A DNA stretch of 64,000 bases from Candidatus Bathyarchaeota archaeon (GTDB lineage: Archaea > Thermoproteota > Bathyarchaeia > Bathyarchaeales > Bathycorpusculaceae): contig OY970280.1 of the NCBI GenBank assembly GCA_963715865.1, positions 576,001 to 640,000 on the forward strand, in the 5' to 3' direction. The translations under genes and the position numbers were made by a program. Shown here piece by piece: positions 36,800-47,555 of the stretch. The notes beneath the pieces are model-generated. The model saw only the letters and a program-made list of their open reading frames with translations. It searched no databases and had not been told where the DNA came from. The number at the start of each line of letters is the position of its first letter. Position 1 is the stretch's first letter.

Positions 36800-36907
36800 T
36801 GGCGGGCGGGGAGGGATTTGAACCCTCGACCCCCAACTTAGGAGGCTGGTGCTCTATCCGTACTGAGCATCGAGAAAGAGTCATGAGTTGGCCCTCTTTA
36901 CTCGCCC
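36800..36907 (-). tRNA. tRNA-Arg(CCT) with a 30-nt intron at non-canonical position 9/10 (36869-36898)
   Basis: Spliced cloverleaf: D-stem GCTC/GAGC, anticodon loop CTCCTAA, T-arm GAGGG-TTCAAAT-CCCTC, discriminator G, encoded CCA; acceptor stem has an A6:C67 mismatch. Confidence 0.9.
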
Positions 36908-37184
36908 ATATTTCCCGTCCAGCAACTCACTAAGAATATCGGGTGTAATAACCCTAACGTTTGAATTATCAAGTAACTGTGAGTATTTTTCTCTGTATTT
37001 TTGGGTAGTTACGATGAGTACCGTTTTGATATCTATTTTGAAGTAGTCGTGGATTTTCTGTTGCAGTTCTTTAGCTCTTTGTTCTACGTCATGCCAAAAA
37101 GTGCTTAACAGTATCCTTAAGGAAATATCCAAGATTTAGGATTAAAGTATGATTGAGCTATCTGTTTCATTTATGAGTGCTCTT

Positions 37185-37367
37185 CTACCTTCTTTTATGT
37201 CTAGCGTAGATGATTGACGTAACTGTGATGCCTACAAAGAAGGCTAGTACTGAAGCCAGCATCGTCCCCATCATGGTGATTGATAATGCGGCTGACCCTC
37301 CGAAAAGAATTGCTAACAGAAGGATGGTAAGAACCCTTAACTTCAAGACTCGTCTCATTCTCTTCAC
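37185..37367 (-). CDS. Small two-TM membrane protein
   Basis: 60 aa, hydrophobic. Confidence 0.45.
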   Translation of the reverse strand: MKRMRRVLKLRVLTILLLAILFGGSAALSITMMGTMLASVLAFFVGITVTSIIYARHKRR

Positions 37368-37567
37368 ACAAACCTCAATGTTTATTTAAATTGTCCTCGT
37401 AAATAAAGAGTCTTGCTATTCACGTAATATATCGAAACAGTAAAAGCAATAGCTAAAACAATTGCCCAATAGGAAGATAATTTGTAGTATTTTATATATT
37501 TCTTTTTAGAAAACCACAAGTTATATTAAAAATAGGTTGAATAAATTAATTTGCAGGGGTTTTTTGC

Positions 37568-37948
37568 GTGGATAAAGAAGATGAAATATTAGTAGAGTTA
37601 AAGAAAATTAGTGCAGCTTTAGAAAAGGCTTCAATACCTCAACCGCCAAAAGGCTTATGGAATGAATTCAAAGATTTCCTGTCAAAATACAAGATTCTTG
37701 GCTTGGCTGTTGCTTTCATTTTAGGCTTGTATTTGGGTGCTCTGGTTCTGGCGCTTGTCAAAGACTTCATTATTCCGCTCTTAGGTTTAGCTATTCCAGG
37801 CATGTCAAACTTAGCTACATATTCGGCAACATTGATGAATCAAGTGTTTAGCATAGGTGACTTTCTGATAGCGCTGATTACTTTCATTGTAGTGGCTTTC
37901 ATAGTGTTCATTTTGGTGAAGGTAGCTAAGAAATGGAAAATTGAGTAA
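37568..37948 (+). CDS. mscL: Large-conductance mechanosensitive channel MscL-like
   Basis: EFKDFL...ILGLAVAFILG...LVKDFIIP; IGDFLIALITF. Confidence 0.8.
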   Translation: MDKEDEILVELKKISAALEKASIPQPPKGLWNEFKDFLSKYKILGLAVAFILGLYLGALVLALVKDFIIPLLGLAIPGMSNLATYSATLMNQVFSIGDFLIALITFIVVAFIVFILVKVAKKWKIE

Positions 37949-38509
37949 AACTTTCTCTCTCTTTTTCCTTTTTTCAAAATAATTTAGATAAAATATTGGG
38001 GGTTTCTCATTTTAGTCTATGGTTCATTTCTGAGTTAATGTCAAAGCTCTAAAAGACTGTCAGGTGACCATTATTTAAAATGGTAGAACATAGATTTGGA
38101 ATGGTCAAGATTTTTAGAAACAAATGAAAAAAGAGACAAAAGCCTAACTCTGATGGATAAGGATGAAATATTACATTTATAGGAATATGGCTTTTATTCT
38201 ATTTCATACTCCTTCAAAATTACAGAGGGCGAAAGGAGAAAGACTCCATCACCCAGGAACTAGGAAACTTTATCCTCAGTTCCTAGTAAACCTTCTAAGT
38301 CAAACTCACATGACAACAAGTCTTAAATCTACAAAGCGTAGAAATAGCCTAACATGGTGAATAGGGCTAAGAAAAAAGAGAGGTTATTAACTTGAGAAAG
38401 AAGCTAACTTGGTACCTATTGTTGGTTTAATGTTGTTTGTTTACAGTCACACATTTTTATTAACTTGAAGATGATTTGGGATTATCTGAGGCTGATTTTT
38501 GTGAGTAAA

Positions 38510-38716
38510 ATGAACAGTCAAAGCAGTGTTAAAGATGCGTTGAACCACATTAAAAACGACGTTGACTATCCAGCTAGCAAACGGGACATAATGCAGGCAT
38601 GCTCTGGTTTTTCTGAAGTTTCTAAGAATGAAAGAGACTGGTTTGACAACACGTTGCCTGATAGAACGTATAACAATCCTGATGAAGTCATAAGAGCTAT
38701 TTTCGACAAGATTTAA
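38510..38716 (+). CDS. DUF2795-like small protein
   Basis: VDYPASKRDI...LPDRTYNNPDEV. Confidence 0.7.
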   Translation: MNSQSSVKDALNHIKNDVDYPASKRDIMQACSGFSEVSKNERDWFDNTLPDRTYNNPDEVIRAIFDKI

Positions 38717-38805
38717 AAGCCGATTTTTTGCATTCTCTTTTTTCTTTTCTTTTTTTGATAAGGCTTAAGCAATTATTTGTTTAGGGTTTTAGGTTCTGTA
38801 ACTTT

Positions 38806-39183
38806 TCATTTGGAAGATGAGCAGTGCTCAAATCCCACTGCCGCTGCAGCCTTCAACAGCCTTACTATTTCAGGTTTTAACTTATCAACGTCACTTACTG
38901 CTATATGCCTGACGTTTTCCGATTTCTCTGCTTTACCTCTACTTTTGAGAAGATCTGAATCAAGGCTTGCTCCCATGAAAAACTCCAAATCCACGTGGTC
39001 TTGGTAGTGGCTTATCCAAACAAAGTCTTTACCGTTTAACTTGTAAGCGATTTTTCCCTGTCTCACTATTTCCACAGTTTCTGGAACAACGCTTTTTATT
39101 AGTGCGCGAAGGTTTTGTATGGTTTCCTTCTGAGCGGGTTCAAGGCTGACTAAAATTTCATCAATTGTTCTTTGGTTTACCAT
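38806..39183 (-). CDS. DUF1801 domain protein
   Basis: LRALIKSVVPETVE, HVDLEFFMGASL, RHI. Confidence 0.75.
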   Translation of the reverse strand: MVNQRTIDEILVSLEPAQKETIQNLRALIKSVVPETVEIVRQGKIAYKLNGKDFVWISHYQDHVDLEFFMGASLDSDLLKSRGKAEKSENVRHIAVSDVDKLKPEIVRLLKAAAAVGFEHCSSSK

Positions 39184-39507
39184 AAATAATAATTTGTTTT
39201 GCGGATTTTTATTGTTTCCTACTTTTCCGAGGCTTTAGGAAACTAGCATGGAAAAATTATAGCCCCCTTGTTTAAAGCAGACAATAAGAGACATAGCGTC
39301 TCCGTGACCTATCCCCTCCCTCTTTACACAGTTTGGATTTGCAAACGGGTTGAAGCTTGGTTTGCCGTAAGATTTCTTGACTAAGCAATCCTGCCCTTAG
39401 TTAAGTTAGATTGTTTTCTATGCAAGTTTCCCAAAGTTTTAAAGCATTGTAATCAAATTAATGTTTGCAAGTTAACAGTGGTTAGTTTGACTTTAAATTA
39501 CCATTAC

Positions 39508-40545
39508 ATGCAGCTTCCTCGCGAGGTCATCGTCGGAAAAGGAACCCTGAACCGTGTTCCTGAAGTCGCAAAACGGCTAGGCCTAAAAGGAAAGGTGTTG
39601 GTGATAGCTGGGTCAAAAAGCTACGATTTAGCGGGAAAAACCGTAAAAAACTTACTTGAACAAATGGGCTTACAGACTGATGTACTTATAATTAAAGCAA
39701 TGAGCATAAAAGAAATGATAACTATAGAAGAGCAAATTGAAACATTAAAACCGCAGGTGCTCTTCGGCGTTGGTGGCGGAACAATAATTGACGCTGCCAA
39801 AATAAGTTCAGGAAGCCAAAACATTCCCTTCATCAGCGTGCCCACCACTGTCTCTCATGACGGCATCGCAAGCCCGTTAGCTTCAATTAAAGGTTCAGAC
39901 AAGCCTTACTCAATACTGGCACAAGCGCCACTGGCGATAATTGCTGACACAGACGTTATTGCTCAAGCGCCCTGGCGTTTTGTAATAAGCGGCTGTGGAG
40001 ACGTGATCGCCAAGTTTACAGCCGTTAAAGATTGGAAATTAGCACATCTGGAACAAAACGAGTATTATGGCGAGTACGCTGCCAGCTTAGCCTTAATGAG
40101 CGCAAAACTGGTGATTGAAAACGCCGAGCTAATCGTTTATCGAAGAGATGAAGGACTACGTGTACTTCTTGAGGCTTTGATAAGCTGCGGCGTCGCCATG
40201 AGCATCGCTGGAAGCAGTCGTCCATGCAGCGGCTCAGAGCACTTGTTCAGTCATGCTTTGGACATGATTAATTCACATCACGCCATGCACGGTGAACAAT
40301 GCGGTGTAGGCTCAATATTGTGCGCTTATCTTTACAGGGCAAATTGGCAAAGGATAAGGAATACGCTCAAGCAGATAGGTGCGCCAACAACTGCTAATGA
40401 ATTAGGCGTTAAAGACGTTGATGTAGTTAAAGCGTTGGAGGTAGCAGCGAAAATAAGGCCTGAACGCTACACAATCCTTCACAAGTTAAATCTTAATTTT
40501 GAAGCCTGCGAGAAAACAGCGAAGGCAACAGGAATAATCAATTAA
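39508..40545 (+). CDS. egsA: Glycerol-1-phosphate dehydrogenase
   Basis: GVGGGTIID, PTTVSHDGIAS, SGSEHLFSHALD, HGEQCG. Confidence 0.95.
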   Translation: MQLPREVIVGKGTLNRVPEVAKRLGLKGKVLVIAGSKSYDLAGKTVKNLLEQMGLQTDVLIIKAMSIKEMITIEEQIETLKPQVLFGVGGGTIIDAAKISSGSQNIPFISVPTTVSHDGIASPLASIKGSDKPYSILAQAPLAIIADTDVIAQAPWRFVISGCGDVIAKFTAVKDWKLAHLEQNEYYGEYAASLALMSAKLVIENAELIVYRRDEGLRVLLEALISCGVAMSIAGSSRPCSGSEHLFSHALDMINSHHAMHGEQCGVGSILCAYLYRANWQRIRNTLKQIGAPTTANELGVKDVDVVKALEVAAKIRPERYTILHKLNLNFEACEKTAKATGIIN

Positions 40546-40556
40546 ATCGCTTAATT

Positions 40557-40940
40557 TTAAACACGTAACGGCTGAATAAGTGCAAACTGGTTTCCTTCAG
40601 GATCTTCTGCGGCAGCTATCCAGCCAACATTAGGAACTTCCTGTTTGGGCGAGATTATTTTTCCACCAAGCTTTAGGATTTTAGTTAAGTAATCGTTAAT
40701 GGACTCAACGGCAAAATAGTTGATAGGCTTAATTTCAGGTTGTTGCTTTCTAAACATGCCACCGTTTACTCCTGGCCTTAGCGGCGTGCCGTTTGCGTCA
40801 ACAGGAACGGTTTGTATTACCCAGTAATCTATTGGTCCTGGATACTGGATTATTTTCCAGCCGAAGACTTCTTCATAGAACTGCTTTAGTTTTTCTACAT
40901 CTTGGGCTGGGATTTCAAAGTGAACTATTGTATGATCCAT
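40557..40940 (-). CDS. VOC/glyoxalase family protein
   Basis: IVHFEIPA, DPEGNQFAL. Confidence 0.9.
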   Translation of the reverse strand: MDHTIVHFEIPAQDVEKLKQFYEEVFGWKIIQYPGPIDYWVIQTVPVDANGTPLRPGVNGGMFRKQQPEIKPINYFAVESINDYLTKILKLGGKIISPKQEVPNVGWIAAAEDPEGNQFALIQPLRV

Positions 40941-41101
40941 CCCGGTTTTTTCACCTCCCTTCGAACCCTTGCGCGAGAAGAACGGAAAACGTTAGTGTTT
41001 TGTATTATAATTATAGGGGCATGATGGATTTATCTTTATTCTTAGCTCTAAAATAAAGTGGAATTTAATTATAAAAGGGAAAATTGTTTGCTAACGCTTT
41101 T

Positions 41102-41845
41102 TTAGGGCGCGATAGCTTGCACTTCTGGTGCCGGGGTGGGTGCTGCTGGTGCTGGTTTGGGTTCAGCTTTGAAGGTTTCAACGAATTTTGTCTCAGCTAG
41201 GTCAGGGATGAATTTCTGGATGTCCAAGGCGATGCCGCGTTTTGCAATTTGGATACCTTCAATGTAGAAGGCTACCTCCGGCATGTCAATGGTTAAGCTT
41301 TTGCCTTGTATGGTTAGTTTGAACTGGTTTTCTTCAACTACGGGTATTCTGCGGTGGACAAGAGCGCCAATTTTTTCCTCGTTGCTTTCAAGTTTCTTGT
41401 TGACTGTGACAGCGTAAATTAAGGTTTTTCCAGCTAATGGAGGGTTGAAGTCTAAAAGTACTCTTCCCGCGCCTATTGCGCGAACACTCGCCATTTTTCC
41501 TTGATATTCTATGCGTGCCCCAATAACGGGGTTAATTTCTTTTGCCAGTAATTGCTTGAGTGATACGCGCCTCACTTTTTCCGGGTCTCTTTGTCCGAAG
41601 CCTTTGTCAGGTGGAATTTCAACGGTTGCAGGCTTGTTTATCTCCATAGTTGTTAAACTGTCATCTAAGGCTTTGAGTACCCAGCCTTCGCCTATAACTA
41701 CCAGGTTAGGTTCGTATATTTCTCCTTCTTTATGCAAGTGCTCTTTTTTGGCTACTTCTTCGTTTGTTGTATCGAAAACTTCGTTTGTTTCCTTAACTTT
41801 CGCTGTATAATTGATTAATATGAAATCTCCTTTTTGTAGGGCCAT
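41102..41845 (-). CDS. slyD: FKBP-type peptidyl-prolyl isomerase (long archaeal SlyD type)
   Basis: GDFILINYT, FDTT, LDFNPPLAGKTL. Confidence 0.9.
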   Translation of the reverse strand: MALQKGDFILINYTAKVKETNEVFDTTNEEVAKKEHLHKEGEIYEPNLVVIGEGWVLKALDDSLTTMEINKPATVEIPPDKGFGQRDPEKVRRVSLKQLLAKEINPVIGARIEYQGKMASVRAIGAGRVLLDFNPPLAGKTLIYAVTVNKKLESNEEKIGALVHRRIPVVEENQFKLTIQGKSLTIDMPEVAFYIEGIQIAKRGIALDIQKFIPDLAETKFVETFKAEPKPAPAAPTPAPEVQAIAP

Positions 41846-42263
41846 CTTGAATCATCCTTTGTCTTAACGGTCGAAGTTTAAGTTTCAAACGCGAATAAAA
41901 ACTTTGTCTAGCAAAAAACTATTATGCTCTAGAGTTGTTAACATATTTAAAAATTTAGATCAAAAAAAAATTAGTTTTAACTATCTAGCGTAACATCGGT
42001 TATTAATTGAATTTCATAATGCATGAACAGTCGCCTTAAAGCATCTTTAACGATTTCTGCTTGACTCTCATAGAGCCCATCTTTAATTAAGAGTTCCATT
42101 CCTTCCAAGTAAGATTAGCCATTGTTACTTCAACTCTCTTCTTTTGCACTACACCCAAGATATCATGTACCCCCTCTCTCGATTACTTTAAGAAATCGAT
42201 TAGCTTTTAAAATTAAATTTGATTCAGAATTGGAATAAAAAGTGCAGCAAACCTTCCGCTCTC

Positions 42264-42806
42264 TCATCCGGTACATTCAATCTTAACGTCGTTTTTATGA
42301 ATCTGCCCATTCTTTAGCACATAACCATTGGTTGTAGGAAGCTTCTCATACAAATCAGTAGTAGTCAAAATCACAGTAACCTTCTCTTCCCTGTTTATTC
42401 TACAAAGCATCCTTACTAAAAGCTCAGAGTTTTCATCATCCAAACTAGACGTAGGCTCATCAGCCAAAAGCACAGTCGGATAATTAACTAACGCACGAAT
42501 AACAGCGATACGCTGCCTTTCTCCTCCGCTAAGATTCTCTGGAAACCGCTCAGCCAACTGAGTCAAATCAAAATACCGCAAAAGCTCAAACGCTCTCTCA
42601 TGCCTAGAAGACTTTTTGACCCCGGCTAAAGCCATCGGCAACTCAATATTCTCCAAAACAGTTAACGACGGCAAAAGATTAAAAAACTGGAAAACCAAAC
42701 CAAGCTGCCGCAACCGCAAACGTGCTTTTTCATCCTCACTAAGTGCATAAACGTTTTTTCCAAACAACCTCACGGTGCCATCACTAGGCAATTCTAAAAG
42801 TCCCAC
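42264..42806 (-). pseudogene. 5'-truncated ABC transporter ATPase (LolD/FtsE-like), Walker A missing
   Basis: LSGGERQR and LLADEPT present. Upstream reads IETKTSLFKLVG, with no GxxGxGK and no start; no permease gene adjacent. Confidence 0.6.
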
Positions 42807-42903
42807 AAGTTTGAAAAGGCTGGTTTTGGTCTCTATTAATATAATTTATAGAAAAGCTTATGTTTTGTTCTAGAGTGATTGTTAAATAATTTGAGGAAAA
42901 AGT

Positions 42904-43365
42904 GTGAGTAGAGAAAGAGAGGGACAATTGCAGGTTACTAACCATTCGCCTCAGGCTTTTGCTGATGCTTCTCTTGAGAGAATCAAAGCGCAGAAGGAAC
43001 TGGTTGAGGAGCTTAAGGTTCAGTGGAAGCTTTTATGGAGTGAGCGCTATGCCGATAAGGTGAGGGCTGAGGGGGTTTCGGTGAATGATTATGTTTGTTT
43101 GCGTGTGGAGCGGGGCACCATTATTCACGCGACTAGGGATTTTAAGGCGTTAAGTTTTAAGGAAATCCTTGAACAACATTTGGTTGAAGATCTCGATCGT
43201 TTCGTTCAACCAGAGGTTCATGTGGGAGGCTGGAATAAATTCGTAAAAACCAAAATCACCAATCGCGAGCCTCAGAGAAACAAGCGTACTTTGCCGTATG
43301 CTCCTAAGAAGCGGGAAGTTCAACAGCCCAAGAAAGGCGGGCGCGGTTGGCTTCACGCAACCTAA
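42904..43365 (+). CDS. Hypothetical protein
   Basis: 153-aa ORF. Confidence 0.6.
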   Translation: MSREREGQLQVTNHSPQAFADASLERIKAQKELVEELKVQWKLLWSERYADKVRAEGVSVNDYVCLRVERGTIIHATRDFKALSFKEILEQHLVEDLDRFVQPEVHVGGWNKFVKTKITNREPQRNKRTLPYAPKKREVQQPKKGGRGWLHAT

Positions 43366-43471
43366 CCCTTTGCTTAATTATTAAATTCAGTGAATTTTAT
43401 TTTGGACGAGTCTACTTGCAAGATAGCAGTTTTAGACAAAATCTCGAATTAACAGGGAAACGAGGCAATGG

Positions 43472-45577
43472 TTAGATTTTTAGCCAGTTGAAGAGGGAGG
43501 TTTTTTCAGGTATTTGATTTTTCCATGCGAGAGCCGGGTTGTCATTCTTGTTTATGAGTATTTTCTTGATTAAGCCGGCGTTTTCTGCTTCATCAAGTTT
43601 TTGTGCGACCCAAGTTTCAGAAGGGGGTGTTTGAGCTAGTTTTTGGAATTCAAGAGTTATAGCTTGGGTTGTTGGGTTGTACATGTTTTTGGCGTTTGTG
43701 ACTGCTTTCATTATGAGTTGGTCTTGTGATGGAAGTTTTAGGTAGAGGTTTAAAAGTGCAAGTTTCTCTTTTCTATCTAAGTATACAGCGTAGAGAATGA
43801 GTAAAACAAGAATTGCGGTAGCGCCTGCTGAGAGTGCAAGCCCGTTTTGGCTGATGCCTAATGCGATGGTGGTCCAGGTTTGTATTGGTTGCCAATAGTT
43901 GTTGATGGCGTTGGCAATTGGCAGCTCCTGGTTTTCAGCTTGTGATACGTTTTGGGGAGATGATGGGTACATAACTAAGCTTATCATTACGCTTTTTGTT
44001 TGTGCTGTGCCGTTTGTGTTGAATGTGGCTGTTTCGTACCAGTAGAGGACAGCTTGGGTTTGGTTTGTGTCTTTGTATTGGAAGGCGAAGTAGCGTGCTG
44101 TTATAGGTGGGTTATCTTGAATCTGAATGTCTCTAAGGTCGAGTTGGTTTACTGACGTCTGTTCTCCTAGGCTGAGTGGGAAGTTGATGAGGCAGGTTTC
44201 CCATCGGTGTTCGGATGTTACGCTGGTTGCTATTTGTATAGCTACCCACACGGTTGATGTTGTTCCGTTAGGTGAGCCGTAGGTGTAGACTAGTGCTACG
44301 TCGTCGCCGGATGATTGTTCAAATTGTGTGTCGCGGTAGACGTAATTTAGAGCATATCCTGTGATGTTTGGGAGCATGGAGCTTGATGTGTTTATTTGAA
44401 CGCCTGAGGGTGTTTGGATCATGACTTGAGCTGGGCCTTGGGTTAGCGCGAACACTGGCGCTTGGATGGTTAAAAGCATGATTGTGATTATGGTTATGCC
44501 TGCGATTTTTGTGATGTCGGCTCTGTTGAGTTTTGCTTTGGGATATTTGAAGAGTTTTCCGCAGTTTGGGCAGAATGGTTCGGTTGGGTTTGTTGGGGTT
44601 GGGTTGCATGTTGGGCAGGGTTGGGGTGGTTTGGGTTTTTTAAATGCTTTCTCTGTTACCGCCAGCAGCAGAAGCGTGCCTATGAACATGAGTACTGTGG
44701 CGCCTACTGCATGGAAAAATTGGAGCGCTAAGTTTTCGCCGAAGTTATAGCCTATTGCGAGGATTGTTGTTATGCGAATTATGTTCAATGCAACAATTAG
44801 TGGTATGCCCATGACGAGAATGGCGAATTTGTTGCGCAGTTTACCGCGTGTAATGTATGCTATGAACAATACGAATATGACGAAGCCTATGATGCTGTAG
44901 ATTCCTGAGCAAGCCACATCCACACTGAAAGGTAAGGTTGTGTGGTCTGGTCTGGTCAGCGTTATTAAGGGACTCCCATTGCTGACGGAAAGCGCTGCAT
45001 GCATTCCGAAAACGTTTGCCAAGGTGTTTGATGCTGATGCGCTTAGGTTTGCGAGTGCTGAGCCGATGCCGTAGAGGATTTCGGCTGGGGGTGGTGCGAG
45101 GAAAATGAGGAATGCTATGGGGAAAAGTAATTGTTTTAGTGTTTGGGTGTTGAATAGTATAAGGGTTAGTCCTGCTGTTAGAAAAGGCAGGGTGAGCATG
45201 TGATATTCTAGTGGTGTGAAGGTGTAACTTCCATACCAGTATGTGAGTATGGCGACGGCACATAATGATATTCCCGCTAGTGTGCTGAAGTATTTTTGGA
45301 ATCCGCGTGTGCTTGTTTGAGGGGGCTGAAGGGCAGCGTTAATCATTTTCCGTTTTCTGTATATTAAGTAAGCGAAAAGGAAGGGTATGACGAGTATGTG
45401 GTAAGTTGATTCGTCGGTTAAAGCACCCGTGAAGACCATGCTTAAGTCTTGAAAGTACAGTGCAACTACAACCAGGGTTATAACGGAGAATTTTAGTGCG
45501 ATTGCTAATCTATGCTGGCTTAGCACTAAAGCCATCTTTGTGGTGGTGGAGATTTTGGTTTCTTGCATGCGGTACAC
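43472..45577 (-). CDS. Archaeosortase/exosortase fused to a zinc ribbon and an EpsI-like extracellular domain
   Basis: Multi-TM N-half with VDVACSG, NIIRIT and FFHAVG (Cys/Arg/His triad), CPTC...CPNC, then a soluble domain. Confidence 0.85.
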   Translation of the reverse strand: MYRMQETKISTTTKMALVLSQHRLAIALKFSVITLVVVALYFQDLSMVFTGALTDESTYHILVIPFLFAYLIYRKRKMINAALQPPQTSTRGFQKYFSTLAGISLCAVAILTYWYGSYTFTPLEYHMLTLPFLTAGLTLILFNTQTLKQLLFPIAFLIFLAPPPAEILYGIGSALANLSASASNTLANVFGMHAALSVSNGSPLITLTRPDHTTLPFSVDVACSGIYSIIGFVIFVLFIAYITRGKLRNKFAILVMGIPLIVALNIIRITTILAIGYNFGENLALQFFHAVGATVLMFIGTLLLLAVTEKAFKKPKPPQPCPTCNPTPTNPTEPFCPNCGKLFKYPKAKLNRADITKIAGITIITIMLLTIQAPVFALTQGPAQVMIQTPSGVQINTSSSMLPNITGYALNYVYRDTQFEQSSGDDVALVYTYGSPNGTTSTVWVAIQIATSVTSEHRWETCLINFPLSLGEQTSVNQLDLRDIQIQDNPPITARYFAFQYKDTNQTQAVLYWYETATFNTNGTAQTKSVMISLVMYPSSPQNVSQAENQELPIANAINNYWQPIQTWTTIALGISQNGLALSAGATAILVLLILYAVYLDRKEKLALLNLYLKLPSQDQLIMKAVTNAKNMYNPTTQAITLEFQKLAQTPPSETWVAQKLDEAENAGLIKKILINKNDNPALAWKNQIPEKTSLFNWLKI

Positions 45578-45652
45578 TGTCAGGGTTAAATAGTAAAAAA
45601 GAGATTGTGGGCATTAGCGATAGCTTTTGTGAAGTGCGGCGGTCTTAGTGGT

Positions 45653-46260
45653 TTAGGTTTTGATGTGCGAGGTCAGAGCTGTTTTGTCGGTGTGTTTTCC
45701 GCGTATTTTGAAGAGGGCAAAGGCTGCGAAGAAGACGAATAATGCGAGCAGCGTGCCTACACCATATTCGGGAGCACGAAAAGGCGAAGGCAAAAATGAA
45801 GACGAAGGAGAGGGAGAGGATGAGGGCGAAGGCGAGGGAGAAGATGAAGGCGAACCGTCATTAGTGCCCGTGCCCCCGAGTGGAGTTCCTGTCAGGGCGA
45901 TAGCGGCGAAGGTGCCAACTAATGTGTGGGACGATTGGAACTCTGCGGACACAGAAATCCATTTGCCTTGGGTGGTATTGTAGTAGTACATTGTGCTGTG
46001 TTTATTGAAGTTCAGGTTTGTTATAGTTACTTTCGCCATCACGTCTGGGCTTAAAGTAATGTTTGTGGTGACTTTTACGTCGTAGTAGCCTGCGGCGGTT
46101 GCGCCTTTAACTGCGAGGGGGCGCCGGCGTCTTGAGGGACATCAGTGCCGTATTTAGTCGTGGTAATCGTGAAGTATGCATCGTCAGGCAGTGAGCTTCC
46201 GCTGATTTCTACAATAATGTTTGTGGTGGTGCTGTTAACTTGGTGAGATACGACTTCTCC
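45653..46260 (-). pseudogene. Fragment of a surface protein with a PEF-CTERM-like sorting signal
   Basis: C-terminus: Ser/Pro linker, APEY, TM helix, KIRGKH. Frame extends upstream of 46,042 across a 1-nt slip in a C-run; no clear 5' end. Confidence 0.6.
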
Positions 46261-46371
46261 ATGTTAACTGTCGTGAGATACTTAAAATTTTTAAGCTTTT
46301 TCTTTTCCCCTTTTTTTCTAGTGCAAACCCTTAAAACCATTAACGCCTAAACGATAAATGGTGTTGAGAAT

Positions 46372-47394
46372 ATGTCTGCCATAATTGCCTTTGATTCAAA
46401 AGAATTTAAGAGACCAAACAAAACTGGGGGGTTAGCTTGGTATACGCCTTTTGGTTGTGGTGTTAAAGTATCAAAACCTGATGAGTTCATTTCTACTTAC
46501 AATAGCAAATTAAAAGAGCTGTTAGGAAATTTCGGGGTAGAGCAACTGTGTTCATGTTTCCCTACATCAGAATACTTCTCAAAAATTGGTCATGCGAAAG
46601 CGTACAAAATAAGCGATGAGCTACTAAAATCAGTGCAACAATACATTGATTCCGTTTATTTTTCCTACGCTGTGCTTCCACCTAAGCAGGTTCCAACGGT
46701 AGAGGTTGGTGGATATAAAACAGCAAAAAAGGAACTTGACATTTTTGATTTTTTAAGAAAATTATCGGTATATTTCTCATATATTACTGCATGGCGCTAT
46801 TTGGGAGTAGAAAGCCGAAAAAAAGACAGAATACTAATTGATGGATTCCATGGAAAGAGAACTACGGCATGGGATGAGCTGGAGAAAATAACTAAACCAA
46901 TAGTTTATTCTCATGGTGATGAATGTAACCCCTTCATTTCAATGGCAGATGTGATAGCCTCGTTAGCTGACAAGAAACTCTATGATAATTACAAGAAATT
47001 AACGCCTGAGAACTTAGCTGAAGTATGGCAAGGTTATTCCTTCAATGTCGAAACACACTTTTTAGACCAAGGTATTATTTCACGGATAAAATGGTACACT
47101 GATGACCACATAGATTTAACAAACTTCTATGCAAGACCAATGATTTTCTTGAAAGCTGACGGGTATAATGCTGATGAAATAAAGAGTTTGATGGCTTATC
47201 CAAAAGCCACGTTTTTTGCACAAAAGCTAAATGGTTCTCTTCAAGGTTTTGACAAAGCGATAGATTCTCCAAAATTAAGAAATGGTGATTATTTTATTTA
47301 TGCAGGAAAAGAATCGGAAACACTTGCGTACACAATAAAAGATTTAGGTAAAATAACTACGTTGCCATTTAAGGATTTAGAAGAAAAAACATAA
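46372..47394 (+). CDS. AT-rich hypothetical protein, possibly RNase H-like fold (DUF3800-like)
   Basis: Acidic motifs IIAFDSKE, ILIDGF, ISMADVIA; composition differs from the neighbouring genes. Confidence 0.55.
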   Translation: MSAIIAFDSKEFKRPNKTGGLAWYTPFGCGVKVSKPDEFISTYNSKLKELLGNFGVEQLCSCFPTSEYFSKIGHAKAYKISDELLKSVQQYIDSVYFSYAVLPPKQVPTVEVGGYKTAKKELDIFDFLRKLSVYFSYITAWRYLGVESRKKDRILIDGFHGKRTTAWDELEKITKPIVYSHGDECNPFISMADVIASLADKKLYDNYKKLTPENLAEVWQGYSFNVETHFLDQGIISRIKWYTDDHIDLTNFYARPMIFLKADGYNADEIKSLMAYPKATFFAQKLNGSLQGFDKAIDSPKLRNGDYFIYAGKESETLAYTIKDLGKITTLPFKDLEEKT

Positions 47395-47555
47395 CAGACT
47401 TAAACATTCATTACTCTACTACGATGGCAAATGATGCCGACGTGGAACCATTCGCATTATACCCGTTATAGCGCATAGTATATAAAACTTGTTACGTTAC
47501 AAGATACAACCACATCTGAACAGCATGAATGCAGAAAACGCTTTAACGTTCAAAA

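Noticed and set aside
36881-37132. 83-aa ORF overlapping the 5' end of tRNA-Arg
   Set aside because: It overlaps the tRNA and its intron and has no convincing start; at most a gene remnant.
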